64,000 bases of DNA, taken from Bilabrum cf. latius. Taxonomy: Eukaryota. This document shows positions 13,701-26,249 of the stretch, one piece after another (within the stretch, counting starts at the first letter, position 1; every line of letters begins with the position of its first letter). Below the pieces are notes generated by a model. The model had not been told where the DNA came from. It made no database searches and saw only the letters and a program-made list of their open reading frames with translations. The stretch covers positions 434,001 through 498,000 of the forward strand of contig OZ237745.1 of the NCBI GenBank assembly GCA_965178125.1, written 5' to 3'. The position numbers and the translations under genes are program-made.

Positions 13701-14187
13701 TGTGCCCGCGGGCTCCCTGGCGAGGATGGGCGTGTACGCGGGCGAGGGCAACAGCACGCAGGCCACCGCAGTGGGTATCTACTTCGAAGCCGTGGGCGTG
13801 GCCTTCTAGATCATGGACGACGTGCTCAACCTGCGTGGCCTGAGGACCGACGGCTCCGACAAGAAGGCCAACGTGGTGCTCAAGACCCTGGGCGAGGACA
13901 TCATGTGCGGCAAGGTGACCATGCCCGTGGTGCTGGCTGTGAGGCTGCTCGAGAAGCAGAAGATGAAGGACCTGTGGTCGGTGATCAAGACCAAGCCGCA
14001 GGACCCCAAGGTGGTGCAAGAGTGCATCGACACCCTCGAGGACTGTGGGGCCATAACCGAGTGCTGCGAGATGGCCAGCAAGATGGTCGACGATGCGTGG
14101 CTGGAAATGGACAAGGCCGTGCCCGACAGCTTCAGCAAGATCATGATCTACACGTTCGGCAAGTTTGTCATCAACAGGGGCGTGTGA
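10765..14187 (+). CDS. PX domain + CrtC/AttH-like lipocalin-fold domains + trans-isoprenyl diphosphate synthase (GGPPS-like) fusion, 1140 aa
   Basis: ATG 10765 to TGA 14187 with TAG at 13399, 13654 and 13807. PX-like: VWRSWEDFKELEKAL...LGEYLKSLL...LRSFL. CrtC/AttH-like: TEWWYLNCH, YYLIPR, GWYDHEFG, WNWAAIQLDNG, DDQE, FWEG. Prenyltransferase: GGKSWR, HVGSLIVDDF[TAG]DDSKLRRG, GQALD, KTA, AF[TAG]IMDDVLN, GEDIMCGKVT. Confidence 0.9.
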
Positions 14188-14952
14188 GCTGGCCCGTCCA
14201 TCCAGGCAGGGAAGGACCGAAGAATTCGGTCAATCGATTGGGGAGGGGGGCGGTAGGATGAGGGACACATAGGAACAAATAAGAAGAAGGGTTGCTGGCA
14301 CCTTGACTGTGCTGCCAAGCTGCCCGCCACTAGAGGGGAAAAAAACACCTGCGCTGGATGGTACCCGCTTTATGTGTGACCTCGCCGCTTGCCCGGCTTT
14401 CCCGGGCAAACGCTGGCGCGGCAGCACGAGGCGCCTCTCATACATCGAGAGGCACCGAGTACCAAAGCAGGGTTTTTTGCCTTAGGATGGACTGTGTAGG
14501 GTCGCCTGGGGAGGCCGGGGTCCAGAGATTATGTTGGATTGGATTTGGCTGCCATGCAGGCTCCTCCCTCGGGCACGACGTGCCCAATGAGGGAGAAGCC
14601 GAGTGTGCATCCGTTGTACCTGCCCACAGCCGCCTGTGCCTGCTGCCAAAACGAGCATTCTAGCTTGTTGCGGCAGCACGTGCAGGTTGGCGTTGGCAAG
14701 AGTCCGGAGCACGCTGGCAAAGAGCTTGCGGCAGCAAATCACGAGGACCCCGGCACGCCACGGGTTCATTAGAACGTATTGAAGAAAAGAAGAACCGTGT
14801 ATGTTTGTGATTCCATTTTGCAACGAACACCACCAGCTCGCCTCGGGAAGGAGCAAGAAACTCCCTGGCCAGTGGCCACACTGTTGGCAACGAGTTGCGT
14901 GCCATTTCCGACATCGCTTTGCATCGGGCAGGAAATGCCCATTCTGACCGAC

Positions 14953-15972
14953 ATGGCCGCTGCAGGAGGGGCTCGCGATGCGCTTGGTTCGGCAAAATCC
15001 GAATTAGATGAGTTCAAAGCACTTGTGACCGCGAAGTCCGTGGACGAAAAGGCCGCAAAGGCCAAGTTGGTGCAATTGAAAGTGAGCGAGCGGCCGTCAC
15101 ACTTGAATGCTACCAGCTGCACAGCTTCTGGAAGCAGTCCGCGTTTCTTGTTCTACACTTCTATTCACAGATTATTATGACTGAGATGCCCTCGCTGCCC
15201 CCAGCTGTGACCAGCGGATCTGCGACAGCAATAGATGAGCAAACCGTAGCAAGTGAGCAACAAGCAGTGCTTGCTGAAGTCTTGGTCAACCATCAGCATC
15301 GTGCACACCGACCTAGTAATTTCTATTGTCGCGCCACGCTATGCTGCCGCAGGGGATATTCTTGAGCATGCGTTCTTGCTGTCGGTTCTGACGAGCGACG
15401 ACAAGGGATTGGAACGTCACTACGCCTAGCTGCAGCCCTACTACTCAGAGTTGAGAGGAAACCTGCCGGAATCAAAGCAAAGATTAAAGGTAGTTGGGCT
15501 TCTCCTGATGTTTCTGCTTGTCAAGTCCCGATTGGGCGAGTTTCATTTGGAGCTGGAGCGCCTGTCGGATGAGGACCTCGCCGCTGCCGAAATCGCGTTT
15601 CCCGTCAAACTAGAAAGCCGTCTGCTCGAGGGATCGTACAACTAGGTGCTTGGAGCGCGAGAAGGGGCCCCAAACAAGCTGTTCCAGCCGTTTTTGGATG
15701 GCATCGTGCAAACAGTCAGGGATGAGGTGGCCGAGTGCATGAGTGCCTCCTACGAGAAGATCAGCGCGGAGGGCGCCCGGAAAATGCTGCATCTGGGCAC
15801 CGGAGCTTCCGCTGATGCCGAGCTCGGTCAGATAGTCGAGGACCAGGGCTGGACCATGGAGGACGGGTGGGTGAAGTTCGCGGCCGACGAGGAGCGCGTC
15901 GAGGGCGTGGAGGCAATCGCGGTGGTGCAGTCCACTCTTGAAGTGGCTACTGAGATGGAGCGCATCATCTGA
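14953..15972 (+). CDS. RPN12: 26S proteasome non-ATPase regulatory subunit Rpn12/PSMD8
   Basis: Exons 14953-15081, 15171-15252 and 15353-15972 (introns GTGAGC...CAG). Motifs ARDILEHA, ERHYA[TAG]LQPYY, LPES, VGLLLMFLL..SRLGEFHLELE, LESRLLEGSYN[TAG]V, TVRDEVAEC, ATEMERII*. Ends TGA. Confidence 0.92.
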
Positions 15973-16218
15973 GTGATCATGGAGAGACTGTTGCGAAATA
16001 CAGCGTGTGCAGAAGACTTGTCCTGATATGGAACGTTCGTTCGTGTGAGCCCAACGGCAACTACAATCATCTACGCAATTTCCTTCAACCGCGAGGGTAT
16101 CCACGTGATATAACCTCCGCTACTGGTTTGTATTGTATTCGAGGGGAGGCCAGCTTCGCGGCTTGTTTGGTCTGGTTTCTTGCGCACCTTAAACAGAGCG
16201 GTCCACCACTGGATTTTC

Positions 16219-19212
16219 ATGGCTAGTCCCTTGGTCCCACCCTACTCGTGCGGTTCGCTTGCACTTAGACTATCATGTACCCATCCAAGTACTGCTTTGA
16301 ATAGGACGCAAACTGTAGCTGGAACTAAGTGGGCTGGAGAGGACATCGAATCTCTCCGGACTGCACATGACGACTTGGCAGTCTCTCTTCTGTACTCACC
16401 AAGCTGCGCAAGCATATGGTGCAATTTCTTATGCAGCAATCGATACAGCTTGTCATACTGCTGCACGCGCTCCCTGGCTAGATTCTGCGGGATCACGAGC
16501 TTGTTGTGGATGCTGGCTGGTTCTGCAGCCCTGCTGGCTCGCACTGCAGCAGGTGCAGCTGGCGGAAACGGGGTATGGACCGACATTCCTGGGTGGTTGG
16601 TTGCAGCGAATCTGTCGTCGTGGTTGAGTATGGTTGCTGCAATCGGACTCCTTGCCGCTGCTGTTGGTGGGTGTCACGCTGTTGCTCAGCTAGAAGCAGA
16701 CGCCGCCTATGCTCGCTCCAGTGCGAGCATAGCTCGGGCCCTCTCGGTGCTTCGGGCTGCGGCAAAAGGAGCGAGGCCGCAAGCATGCCGAGATTTTGGT
16801 GCTGGTTTGAATGAGCCTAACGTTGAAGTTCTCGATGGCGGCACGTTTGGCCGAGCTGGCGGGGCAGGGCCTCCACGTGTGAATTTTCGCCTCCTGAAAC
16901 TGGGCCACAGTGCACTGGCAGGCGACAGGGGGGTGGGTGGAATGACAACCCGAGGGTATGCGACGAGACCGCCGGCTGTGGCTGCTGCCCCTCAAGCAGT
17001 GATGGAGCAGCCAGTGCACCCCGGCGAGCAGGTGCTCGGCAGTCCGCTCGGCCTGGACCATCCTTGGCTGCGGCGCGGCGCCGACGGCACAGCACACGGA
17101 GGTGGAGGCGGCCAGCACTATGCCGATGCAAGGGGAGGCTTCCGGGCAGTCGGGCAGGTTCAATCACTATCACCACCACCACAGCGCAGGGCAGCGCGTG
17201 AGGCATCGACCGGAGCAGGTGAGCCGCCGTTCTCTGCCAGAGGGCAGGGGGGTCCATTAGCCGGCGGTGCGGAGCCTGCCAGGAGCCCACGGGGGCTGGA
17301 GATGGGTGCTGGAGCCTTGCACGACCATGCAGCCGATGCAGATCCTCGGCATGGCCGGGCGCTGCTCCAGGAGCGCCAGTTGCTGCACGACCATGCAGTG
17401 CAGCAGGAGCAAGGGCCGTTTCCCTGGTCCAGTCCGGCTCCTGACGGTCTCAAGCTGCGGGGCGGGGCCGAGGTTCCGTCATTTTTGCGCGGCGCCGGCA
17501 ATGGTCGCGCAGGCTCCAGTCACCGGGCGCTGGCAGTCGGAGCTGGGGGTGAGCTGGACGACGAGCCGGTGTGCGGTGACGAGTGCGAGTACTACTGCGG
17601 CTGCTGGTGCGACTGCTGCTAGTCGCCGGCGCCTGTTGTGGACGGAGCGGCTCCGCCAGGAGCGTGTGACGAGTGCTGTCGGGCACTCGTCTGCCTGCCA
17701 TCGCGCAGCCCATCACCAGCGGCACCGTGCAGCAGCCCGTGCAGCTGCTTGTAGAGCTGCTGCCCCGATCCCTGCTGCAGGGATCAATGCTGTTGTAGCG
17801 ATCAGCATTCCGAAAACGGGACTTGGTGCGGCTCGCTGGACTGCTGCTCGAGCACATGCTCCCGGGAAACCGACGGCGGAACCGAGCAGACCCAATGCTG
17901 CGCATGGATGTGCCAGGAGACCCCTGCTGAGAAGTAGCCTCTCCCTGACTCCCCATGTTGTTCCCTGGAATGCTGTTTCCTGGCACACGATGACGGTAGC
18001 ACGCAAAGAGAGGCGTGCAATTGTCACTGCAAAGGCCTAAATGACGCGTGCTTCCCTTGCCGCCCAGAAGCACGAGGCAGTGGTTGCCTTGCGTGCGGGG
18101 GGATCGGTGCAGGTGTCTCAGCCGCTGCATCGCTGATCGTCGCGAGTCTCACCGAAAACCGCATGAACTCGATGGAGGGGTGCTTTGGCGGTGTGACGAG
18201 TGCGAACGAGGGGTTGCCTCTGGACGACTCACTCCTGGGCATCGACGCCGCGATCGTGTTGATGGGCGCTCTGGCCGGGGGAGTCGTTCTTGGGGTTGCC
18301 CTGTCTGTCGGATACAGCCATGCCCACGCTCTGGATGCGGTTAGCCAGGTGCTGCTGCAGCTTCACGGGAGCTACTCCCGTGCCATTCATGGACAGCCGC
18401 ACGCCACTGCAATGCTGCGCACGCAGGGTCAGCCCCAGCCTTAGCACCAGCACCAGCACCAGCACCAGCACCAGCACCAGCAGCAGGCACCAACATTTCC
18501 ACAAGGGGCGCGCGGTCGCGGCGGGAGGAACACAACCAGTACCGATCTCGCTCTTGCGCAATCCACCGGCGGATTCACGACCCTTGGGGGTGGGGCGCAG
18601 GGCCGGTGGCACGGGCGCCTGCCTCGTAGGCGTGGCCTCGCAGTCATGGCGCTGGGCCTCCACCTCGACCTCGAAGTAGCGAGCACTTTCATGATCCGCG
18701 CGGGCTGGCTGATCCTCGCAGGTACCGGCGTGGCGGTGGTTGCTGGGGTGGTGCAGTTTGGTACTAGAGTGCTGGGCGGCAGGGGCAGCAAGGAGGCATG
18801 CGGGCCGGTGGATCTTGCCTGGCTCGCGGCAGGGGGCCTCCCACTTTTTGTCCTTCTCTTAGGTCTGATTTGGATCGCGCGGGGCTTTGTGCGTGCGAGG
18901 CACGCTCTTCGAGCGGTCGCAGCACAGCTCCGGTACTCGATGCTGGTAGCAGATAGAGGCTCTCCTCTCCACGGCCGTACTGGCGCCGCGGGAGTCGCTG
19001 TGGCGGGTGAAGATCAGAATAGTGGACCGGGTGCAGGTGGCGGTGGTTTGGTTGTTCTGCTAGGAGACGTGATTCGGGGGAGGGGTGAAGGCATGGACGG
19101 GTGGTCCACGGGCTGTGGGAGTGTGTGGTGCGGCTGGCTTTGTTGGGGGTTCGCGGCTGGGGCAGGGGCGCTTTCGAGCGTTCTTCTGATTCATCTCGTG
19201 TCTTTGATATGA
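16219..19212 (+). CDS. hypothetical multi-pass membrane protein with a central Cys-rich region (~997 aa)
   Basis: ORFs 16180, 18163 and 18646 are one frame joined by TAG at 17620, 17752, 17935 and 18442; ends TGA 19212. Several hydrophobic segments, a CC/CxC-rich block at ~17570-18100 and an (HQ)n tract. Start uncertain. Confidence 0.6.
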
Positions 19213-19494
19213 AAATAATGGGTTGGTCCATTGATTGTGTGGTGTTCATGCGGAATAGCTTGAACATTCCAGCTGGTGTGCTCACGATCCGCACGAAGAT
19301 CTGGCTGAAGATGCAAACGGAACTACCCGGTTGCGCGGCGCCGCACTGACAACGCCATCTGCCCTTCCGATGCATCAGCACTTATTTCAGCTCGCATTTG
19401 GATCACAGAGATACATCTGTGGCCTAAGTCGACTGCAATATTATTGAATAACTCGCGAACCGGCTTTCAATTGTGTAACTGCAGTTCTGTACAA

Positions 19495-21521
19495 ATGCGA
19501 AGCATCTTTTCGATCGCAGCTGCAATCAGTGCTACCGTGGCTTTGGGGGATATTTCGGTGTCCCCAGATTCCTTCTCGGGTTCCCACGCATGGCTTGAGG
19601 TTTCATGGACATTTCCAGCGTCAGAGGACGTTAGCGATTGCTGGATTGGCTCGTGGCCCGTGCAGGACGGAAACATGCCGAACGTTTCAGCGATCCCCGC
19701 ACAGCAGTACCCTGCGACGGCTCCGTGGACGGCAAACTTGCCCACATACTACTTCCCATGCACCATTGATCCTTCGTTCGGTGCTAGCTCTCGATCTGGG
19801 AGCTGGAAAGTGTACGAGGTCAACTCGCGAACGGACCGAGTGCTCGGCCTGTTTTCTGGTGGGATCCACACGCCCAAACCACTGGAGATGAGCTCTGTGG
19901 TTACCGTGGAGGATAAGGACAACTATTTGTTCCCCAAGCTCGCCCGTACCGCCGTGGAGACCGAGATGCAGGTCGCGTTCCGTTCCAACAAGAACTCTGG
20001 CAGCCCCGGTGTCAAGTACGGGCTGTCTCCCTCGAGCCTGACCAAGTCTGCGGCCGCATACACCTACACCTACTCCCAGGAGGACTTGTGCAGCCCTAGC
20101 GGTGCTGGCGCGAACTATGGCTGGGTGCAGCCCGGCTACTTCCACCAGGCAGTGATGACCGGCCTCCCAACCGACGGCAAGTCCACCGTCTACTACTCCA
20201 TCGGCGACGACACGACCGGCTGGTCCCAGGTCTACTCCTTCACCGCCACGCGCGGTGCCGACCCCACCGCGGAGGTCGGCTTCATCATGATCGCCGACAT
20301 GGGGGTGAGCCGCCCCGACAACACCTCGGAGCACTGGGAGGAGCAGGACGCCCAGCTGACCATGCAGGGCATGTACAACCACATGAAGGACCACCCGCTC
20401 ATCCTGCACGCTGGGGACGTGAGTTTATGTCGATCCATTGCGCGTCTTAATACCTAGTTGCCTCTTATTATTGCTTGGAATGCGACCTGCACCTGAACTT
20501 GCGGTGCCCCAAACAAGGAATGCACGCAAGCCCCTCGTATTCGCACCCCGCTCGCCCCGCTCTTGTCATGTTCCTCACTTCACTGCAGGTCGCCTACGCC
20601 ACTGGAATTGAGGGGTGAGACCGAGCAGAGCTGCGATAGATTGTTGGCTAGTGCGCAGACACACTGGACTGCACCGAACCACGCCAGCCGCGATCTAGTC
20701 CGTCATCGTGCCATCTATCGTTGTTGCTTTCACCCCTTCTTTTCGCTTATCACCGCAGCAAGTGGGACCTCTTCGAGCAGGCCGTGGAGAACATCACGAG
20801 CGCGACCCCCTACATGGTCGGTCTCGGCAACCACGAGCAGGATGTTGCGTGGAAGGATGTCGAATGCAAGAACAACAAGGACAACTCGGAGCTCTACTAC
20901 TCTACTTCCCGCGACTCCGGGGGGGAGAACGGCGTGCCCACCAACGCCCGATTCCCCATGCCCCTCGATGGCATGACCAAGCCCGACCCCACCAAGATGC
21001 AAGTGTACTACTCCTTCGCGTACGGTCCCGTGACCTTCGTGATGTGGGACACGGAGCTGACCTGCGACTCCTCCTCCGCCCAGTACAAGTGGCTGGAGTC
21101 CACCCTCAGCGGCATCGACAGGAGCAGGACCCCCTGGGTCATTCTGTTCGGGCACAGGCCCATCTACACTGGCAACTCCCGGGACAGCCACCTGTCCGAG
21201 ATCGAGCCGCTCATCATCAAGTACAACGTGTCCTTCTCGGCGTACGGACACGTGCACAACGCCCAGCTGTGGTGCCCCATCGCGAATGGAGAGTGCATCC
21301 GCGAGGGCTCCCCCGAGGGCAAGTGGGTCGGGCCTATTCACAGCGTGATTGGCAACGCTGGCCAGTCGCTGAGCCGTTTCCCCAAGCTGGACAACCGGAC
21401 CGTGTTCAGCCTCGAGGGCCACGGGTACACCACCCTCAAGGCGAATGCCACCAGCCTTCACGTGGAGTACTACGCTGACCACGGGCAGAACATGGTATAC
21501 GAGTTCACCACTCACCTGTGA
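19495..21521 (+). CDS. secreted purple acid phosphatase (metallophosphoesterase with FN3-like N-terminal domain)
   Basis: Signal peptide MRSIFSIAAAISATVALG. Exons 19495-20418, 20589-20614 (26-nt micro-exon) and 20759-21521 rebuild ADMG, GD|VAYATG, GNHE, GHRP and GHVH. Ends TGA. Confidence 0.92.
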
Positions 21522-21836
21522 GGTGCAAGTGTGAGGAACTCGCTACCAGGCGCCATTGTTGTAGCAGCGCTGATGTTGGAGGGGAGTTTGTATACGGTCC
21601 TGCCGCTCGGAAAACGACCGGTAGCCGAATCCAAGCTCATTTTCCAAGCGTTCAATGTATGGTGCGCGCGGCTCGGATGCTCTTTGACCCCAACGGATCC
21701 GATAGATCTGATCCGATCTGGTCCTTTATCCGAACACTGAGATTGCGGCTCCAATCCTGCCGTGCTAGAGAAATTGCTAATTGCTTTGTAACATGAGAAT
21801 CCGGATACACTTGAAATCAAGTATTCGTTATAGTTT

Positions 21837-22023
21837 GTCCACCACGGGGCCGAATATGATCAGATCCAGTTGCGGCTGCCAAGCGCGATCTTCTCAAGAC
21901 GCACAGTCCACCGGGATTCGGAATGAGATCCGAAATTCGGATTCCGGATCTAGGCCTAGATCGGTGATCCGGCTGTGCTCTTGCCAAACCACTCAGCGCC
22001 GCTTTCCCTTGACTGGGCTGCCA
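21837..22023 (-). repeat. diverged direct copy of the PPi-PFK beta 3' end and downstream flank (partner 42152-42327)
   Basis: Shared blocks gtccaccacggg.ccgaat, ttgcggctgccaagcgc, agatcggtga.ccggct and tcagcgcc...ctgggctgcca. Minus-strand translation ends GSPVKGKRR* here versus GSPAKRKRR* in PFK-beta. Confidence 0.7.
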
Positions 22024-22686
22024 TCATGGTGGACACGATGACGTAGCGCGGCGTCGACAGCGAGACCTGGCAGCTGCTGGCGCCCTCCACCGCAACACTG
22101 CAGGGCGCCACAACCGGACTGCCCACGGACGGGCAGCAACCCGAAGATGGCGCGCCGACAGACGGCAACGGCTTGGCGAAGTCAAAGGTAGCGTCGGTCG
22201 AGTTAGGTGGGCTCGTGCTACTGGACTGCCCGGCCACCACCACGCGGAAGAGCGCGTTATCGGCCCACCCCGGCTCCGTCACGATCTGGATCCGGATCAG
22301 CGTTGGTGAGGCCAACAGATCTAAGGTCTCTGAGATTGAGGTCACCGACGGTCGCGCGGTCACGGTGGGCGCAACAAATTATTCTGGTATTCTGGTACTC
22401 TGGACTTCTCAATCATATTCCTTGGTCAGAACAATCCGTTCTGCACAGAACGGATAAGTCTGACTGTTGGTGTGTATCAAATAGGTGATTGACAATGTAT
22501 CGAAGCTACAGGATTCTGCGGTCCATCTCGTGGAAGCCTCTCGCATCACGGGGTTCGCTTTCCTTCCGCTGCACCGTTCCTGCGCGAACGTAGGGATGGT
22601 GCAGCGTTACTACTCGCGATGTACAATTATGTAGAAGTTTGCATGGGCCTTCGGCAAGCTTAGGCTTCGGACAGGCTTACCGTTTC

Positions 22687-25600
22687 ATGTCGACAGGAGC
22701 CAGACGCAGCCCCACCGACAGCCAGGATTGGACGGCATCTTTTGGGGGTGCCTGGCAAACGCATGGCTCAATCGGCGTATTCATACTGATAGTCCCGCTT
22801 GTCTTCGAAACTCTTCAAAATAGTCCGCGAGCGGTCGTGGACTAGGCTGCTAGAGACATGGCGTTCTGCCAATCGTATGGTATTTCAGTATCTCGCGCGG
22901 TTGGGGGAATGAATGCCACAGATGCTGCTTCATCCATTAAAGCTCTCATCCGGCACTTGGATGCCGACGATACCACCGGGTCATTGCCGGTCGATGGCTG
23001 GGCTGCCGCGATAGTTGATCAGGCGGGCTTTTTGCACGACAAGGGCGTGCTGAGTTATGTGGCGCACGCTAGCTCGATAAAGTACCTCCGTAGTGAGCAG
23101 GCAGAGCGAGATCTCGAGGCGTTGCGTAAGACTGTGAGCTAGCTGCTTGAGCGAGATGCACAGGTGCGCGAAGAGGAAGAGGAGCGCCAGGCCAAGATGC
23201 GCAAGGATGAGGACCAGAAGCTTCAGGAATAGGGCCTTCCCTCTTCAGACTTTCTCGACAAAGCACGGAATGGCCGCAGACACGCTATCGTGCCCGATGC
23301 CGAAGGTGTGGTGTCGACAGTGAGTTCCGCAGCAGCAGACACCGGTTTCAAGCTTCCGAAGCCATTCAAAGGAGACACGCTGGAGGAAGCCATCAAAGGC
23401 CACATTCGGTCAAACAGCGACCCGAGACTGATTTCGGGCGCAGTGCGCGAGTCTTTGAGGCTGCTTGGAGATGCGATTCTGTACGTGAAAGCAAGTACCC
23501 CGACAGCTTCCGTTATCTCAGACAACAGAATCCTGCCGATTGTGGACGTACCTGACGATGCGTCTCCGCGTGGGAATGGGCTGAAAGATCTGCTGGGTGT
23601 TGCTTTCGGCAGAGATCGGGTGGGACTCCGAGGGGGCACCCTGATGGGATACAAGGGCTTCGGAAAATCTCAGCTGGTCCGCAATGTGGTGCTTGGGAAG
23701 CAGCTGGCGGGGTGGGCGCTACGAGACGACGACAGCTACGGTTTTCGACATGTTGGGATCTATATCAAGGATCCAAAAGCTCCTGATCTCGGACCGTTGA
23801 ACTTCGTACCCGCTTGGGCGTACATCGCCGCTGGGCTGGATCATGCGGGCCTTCTTCGGGATATCAACGACACCGTGCCAAGCTGGGCTCAGCCAGCGAA
23901 TTCGTACTTGAGACACGAAAACTTGTTCTATTTCTTGCAGGATCACAACATTGACTGCATGCTTGCCATCGATGAGGCCCAGCAAGCACATGAGGTGGTT
24001 GAAGGCCCCGTTGGTAAAGTCGAGTATTCGCCGAGGTCTGTGTAGTTTTGGGACTCAGTGGACAGTGGGGTCAATACTGATTTTGGTGCCATGCTTGTGC
24101 TCACTGGTACTGGCAGTAGTCTGGGCAGGACAGTATACGAAAGGCCGCAAGAGAGCTCACAGTTCTATTTCAATCTTCAGCGCACGAAGTTCAAGTCGAG
24201 GTGGATGAGGTTCGCCTACACAGAGGCTGAAATGTGTCTCATGCTGCTTCGGTAGCCAGATTTGGAGGGGTACGACAGTTGCTGGGTTCCGGACGATGGC
24301 AGCGACCCCGCCGCAGCAGAGAGGCCGTTGTCTGGGCAAGACGCCGTGTTAACCCTAGCCCTGGCCATCCGCGATGCTCCGGCCTCGAGTCCGTGGGCCA
24401 ACACAGGACAGGTGGTGTACCCGAGCCCGGACACCGTGAACGAAGCCATGCAATCGTTTTGGAGGCGGGCAGATCATGACGATAGCCCAGGGCCTTGCAT
24501 CCCTGATGGTGTGTCGTTGTAGAAGGTTCCTGCTGGCAGGCTGACCCAGCAGCTTGCCAAGGAAATGCTGAGTGATCCGCGGGCCATGCAGGTTGCCACG
24601 AAGTCCAGAGACAAGTTGAGACGGGTGGCTTGGCAGACAGGGGGCCTAGCCCGGAGTATGGCTGACATGACCGGCAAGGGAGCTGTCCAGACCAAGTTGG
24701 CGGAGTGGTTTAGGATCATGCACACAAATGAGGAGGGCTTCCGCGACGTAATGCTGGCCATGCTGAGCCTCATGGAATCGCTGAAGCCCAATTGGTTGCA
24801 TGCCTCGCTCAAGAACCCAGTTGCCGAGCTGCCACGGCTCCCTGTTCAGGAAGTGGTGGCGGAGATGGAGAGGCTCGCCGCTGTGGAGAGGACCAAGGGC
24901 GAGGCGCGGGACAAGAAAGTGGCAGAGCTGGAGGAACTCCTGGCTCATTGGCAGGTCTAGCAGCTGGTCGGGTACCGCTCCGTAGCTGAGACGTAGCACA
25001 CATCGCAGGAAAAGGCCGTGTACCCTGCCACGGTGAATTTTCTTGGGGGTGTATTTGCGTATCGAACGCAGCACTTTACTGCGATCTTCAGCGGAGTGTA
25101 CTTGACCCGACGCGAGCGTGCATCGCTGCAGGTGCACGACGGTCGGTTTGGAGGCTATTTCGAGTTGGTTGTGGCCGAGTCGCTGCATCGCGGGCTAGTG
25201 TCCAAGATCCTGGCGAAGAACGTGCTGCCCAAGGTGCCCAAGGAGGTGTGGAAGGGCTTGGAGGATCCCATCGTGGAGCATGACCGGGGGGGCTGTTTCG
25301 TGAAGCCCGAGTCTATCTTCTACGTCACGAGGCCTTTCGCAGGTGAGCCAGCTGAGCTCGTTGGTCGCGTGATGCGGGAATTCCCGGACAGGACTGGTAT
25401 TGATCTTTCTTTGATTCTGGAAGCAAGAGGCGTGGGAAGCGGTGATGGAACGAAATCCACAGTGCGGTATCACGTGATCCGAGTGCAGGTGAAGGCCGGG
25501 AAGTCTACGGTGGACAAGGCAAGGCTCGCAACATTCCTGAGCAAGGAAAAGAATGACAATGCCAAGGCTGCCTATGCCCGTGCGCTGCGTGTAGAAGAGG

Positions 25601-25962
25601 GCTAGATCCAGTTCCACCGCCTGCTTGCCTCCCTTGCACCAGTGGCACCAGAAGTTCTGAGCATGGTATCTGAAGGGTAGAAGGGCGGCAAAACCCAGGA
25701 GGAGACGGAGCAGCTCGAGGGCGTGGACGTATCAGATATGTGGGTTCTGACAAGTGATGAATTTCGCAGGTTCTTGTTCCCTGATGCGCAGATTGCGCTC
25801 AACCGCATGAATCATTGGGGGCTTGCAAGTGACGAGGAGCGTGAGTTGATGCAGTCCGTTGATCCAGAGGACAGGCGGGTGCCGGCAGACTCTCTGGCTG
25901 AGAAGTTTGACTGGGTCGACGACGAGGGGGCACCGGACGACGGGCAAGTATCCCCACCGTGA
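22687..25962 (+). CDS. P-loop NTPase + PD-(D/E)xK restriction-endonuclease-fold protein (Crinkler/RHS-like architecture), copy 1, ~1091 aa
   Basis: One frame with 10 TAGs (22843, 23140, 23230, 24043, 24253, 24520, 24958, 24994, 25603, 25678), ends TGA. Walker A GTLMGYKGFGKS, Walker B CMLAIDEAQ, sensor-like LVLTGTGS; C-terminal PDRTGIDLSLIL...VIRVQVKAGK. Start could instead be 22909. Confidence 0.75.
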
Positions 25963-26249
25963 CGCCAGCGACTTCGCAGAGCGCACAGTCTACCGTATCA
26001 CGAACACTTGCGGCGACGCTCGAGTCACTGGAGCTACTCGCCGGGACGGATCAGACTAGAGTATTCCTAGAAGGATTGATGAGTCAGAGTGTGCTGCGGC
26101 TTGGAGGAGGCTTGCCTAGCTGTGGCCAGCCAGCCGCCTTGAGCCACACGCATTTGAACTGAAGCCTGTAGATAATCGACCGCAAACATGGCTTTGATTA
26201 CACAAGCAGTCGCCCGTTGCTGTGCCAGTTAGGCTCGAACTGGTCCGCT

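Noticed and set aside
13399-13809. Pyrrolysine, Trp (A-to-I editing) or Leu/Tyr as the meaning of TAG
   Set aside because: The aligned conserved positions are Gln (FQIxDD, GGQAPG), and no pyl genes are present in the window.
11521-14019. Long antisense ORFs (also 59976-62183, 57669-59072, 46063-47145, 1130-2899)
   Set aside because: Shadows of GC3-biased real genes on the other strand; no recognisable motifs.
10765-15972. Pseudogenes or C-to-T damage explaining the in-frame stops
   Set aside because: Only TAG occurs. CAA>TAA and CGA>TGA changes and frameshifts are absent, and essential genes such as Rpn12 are affected.
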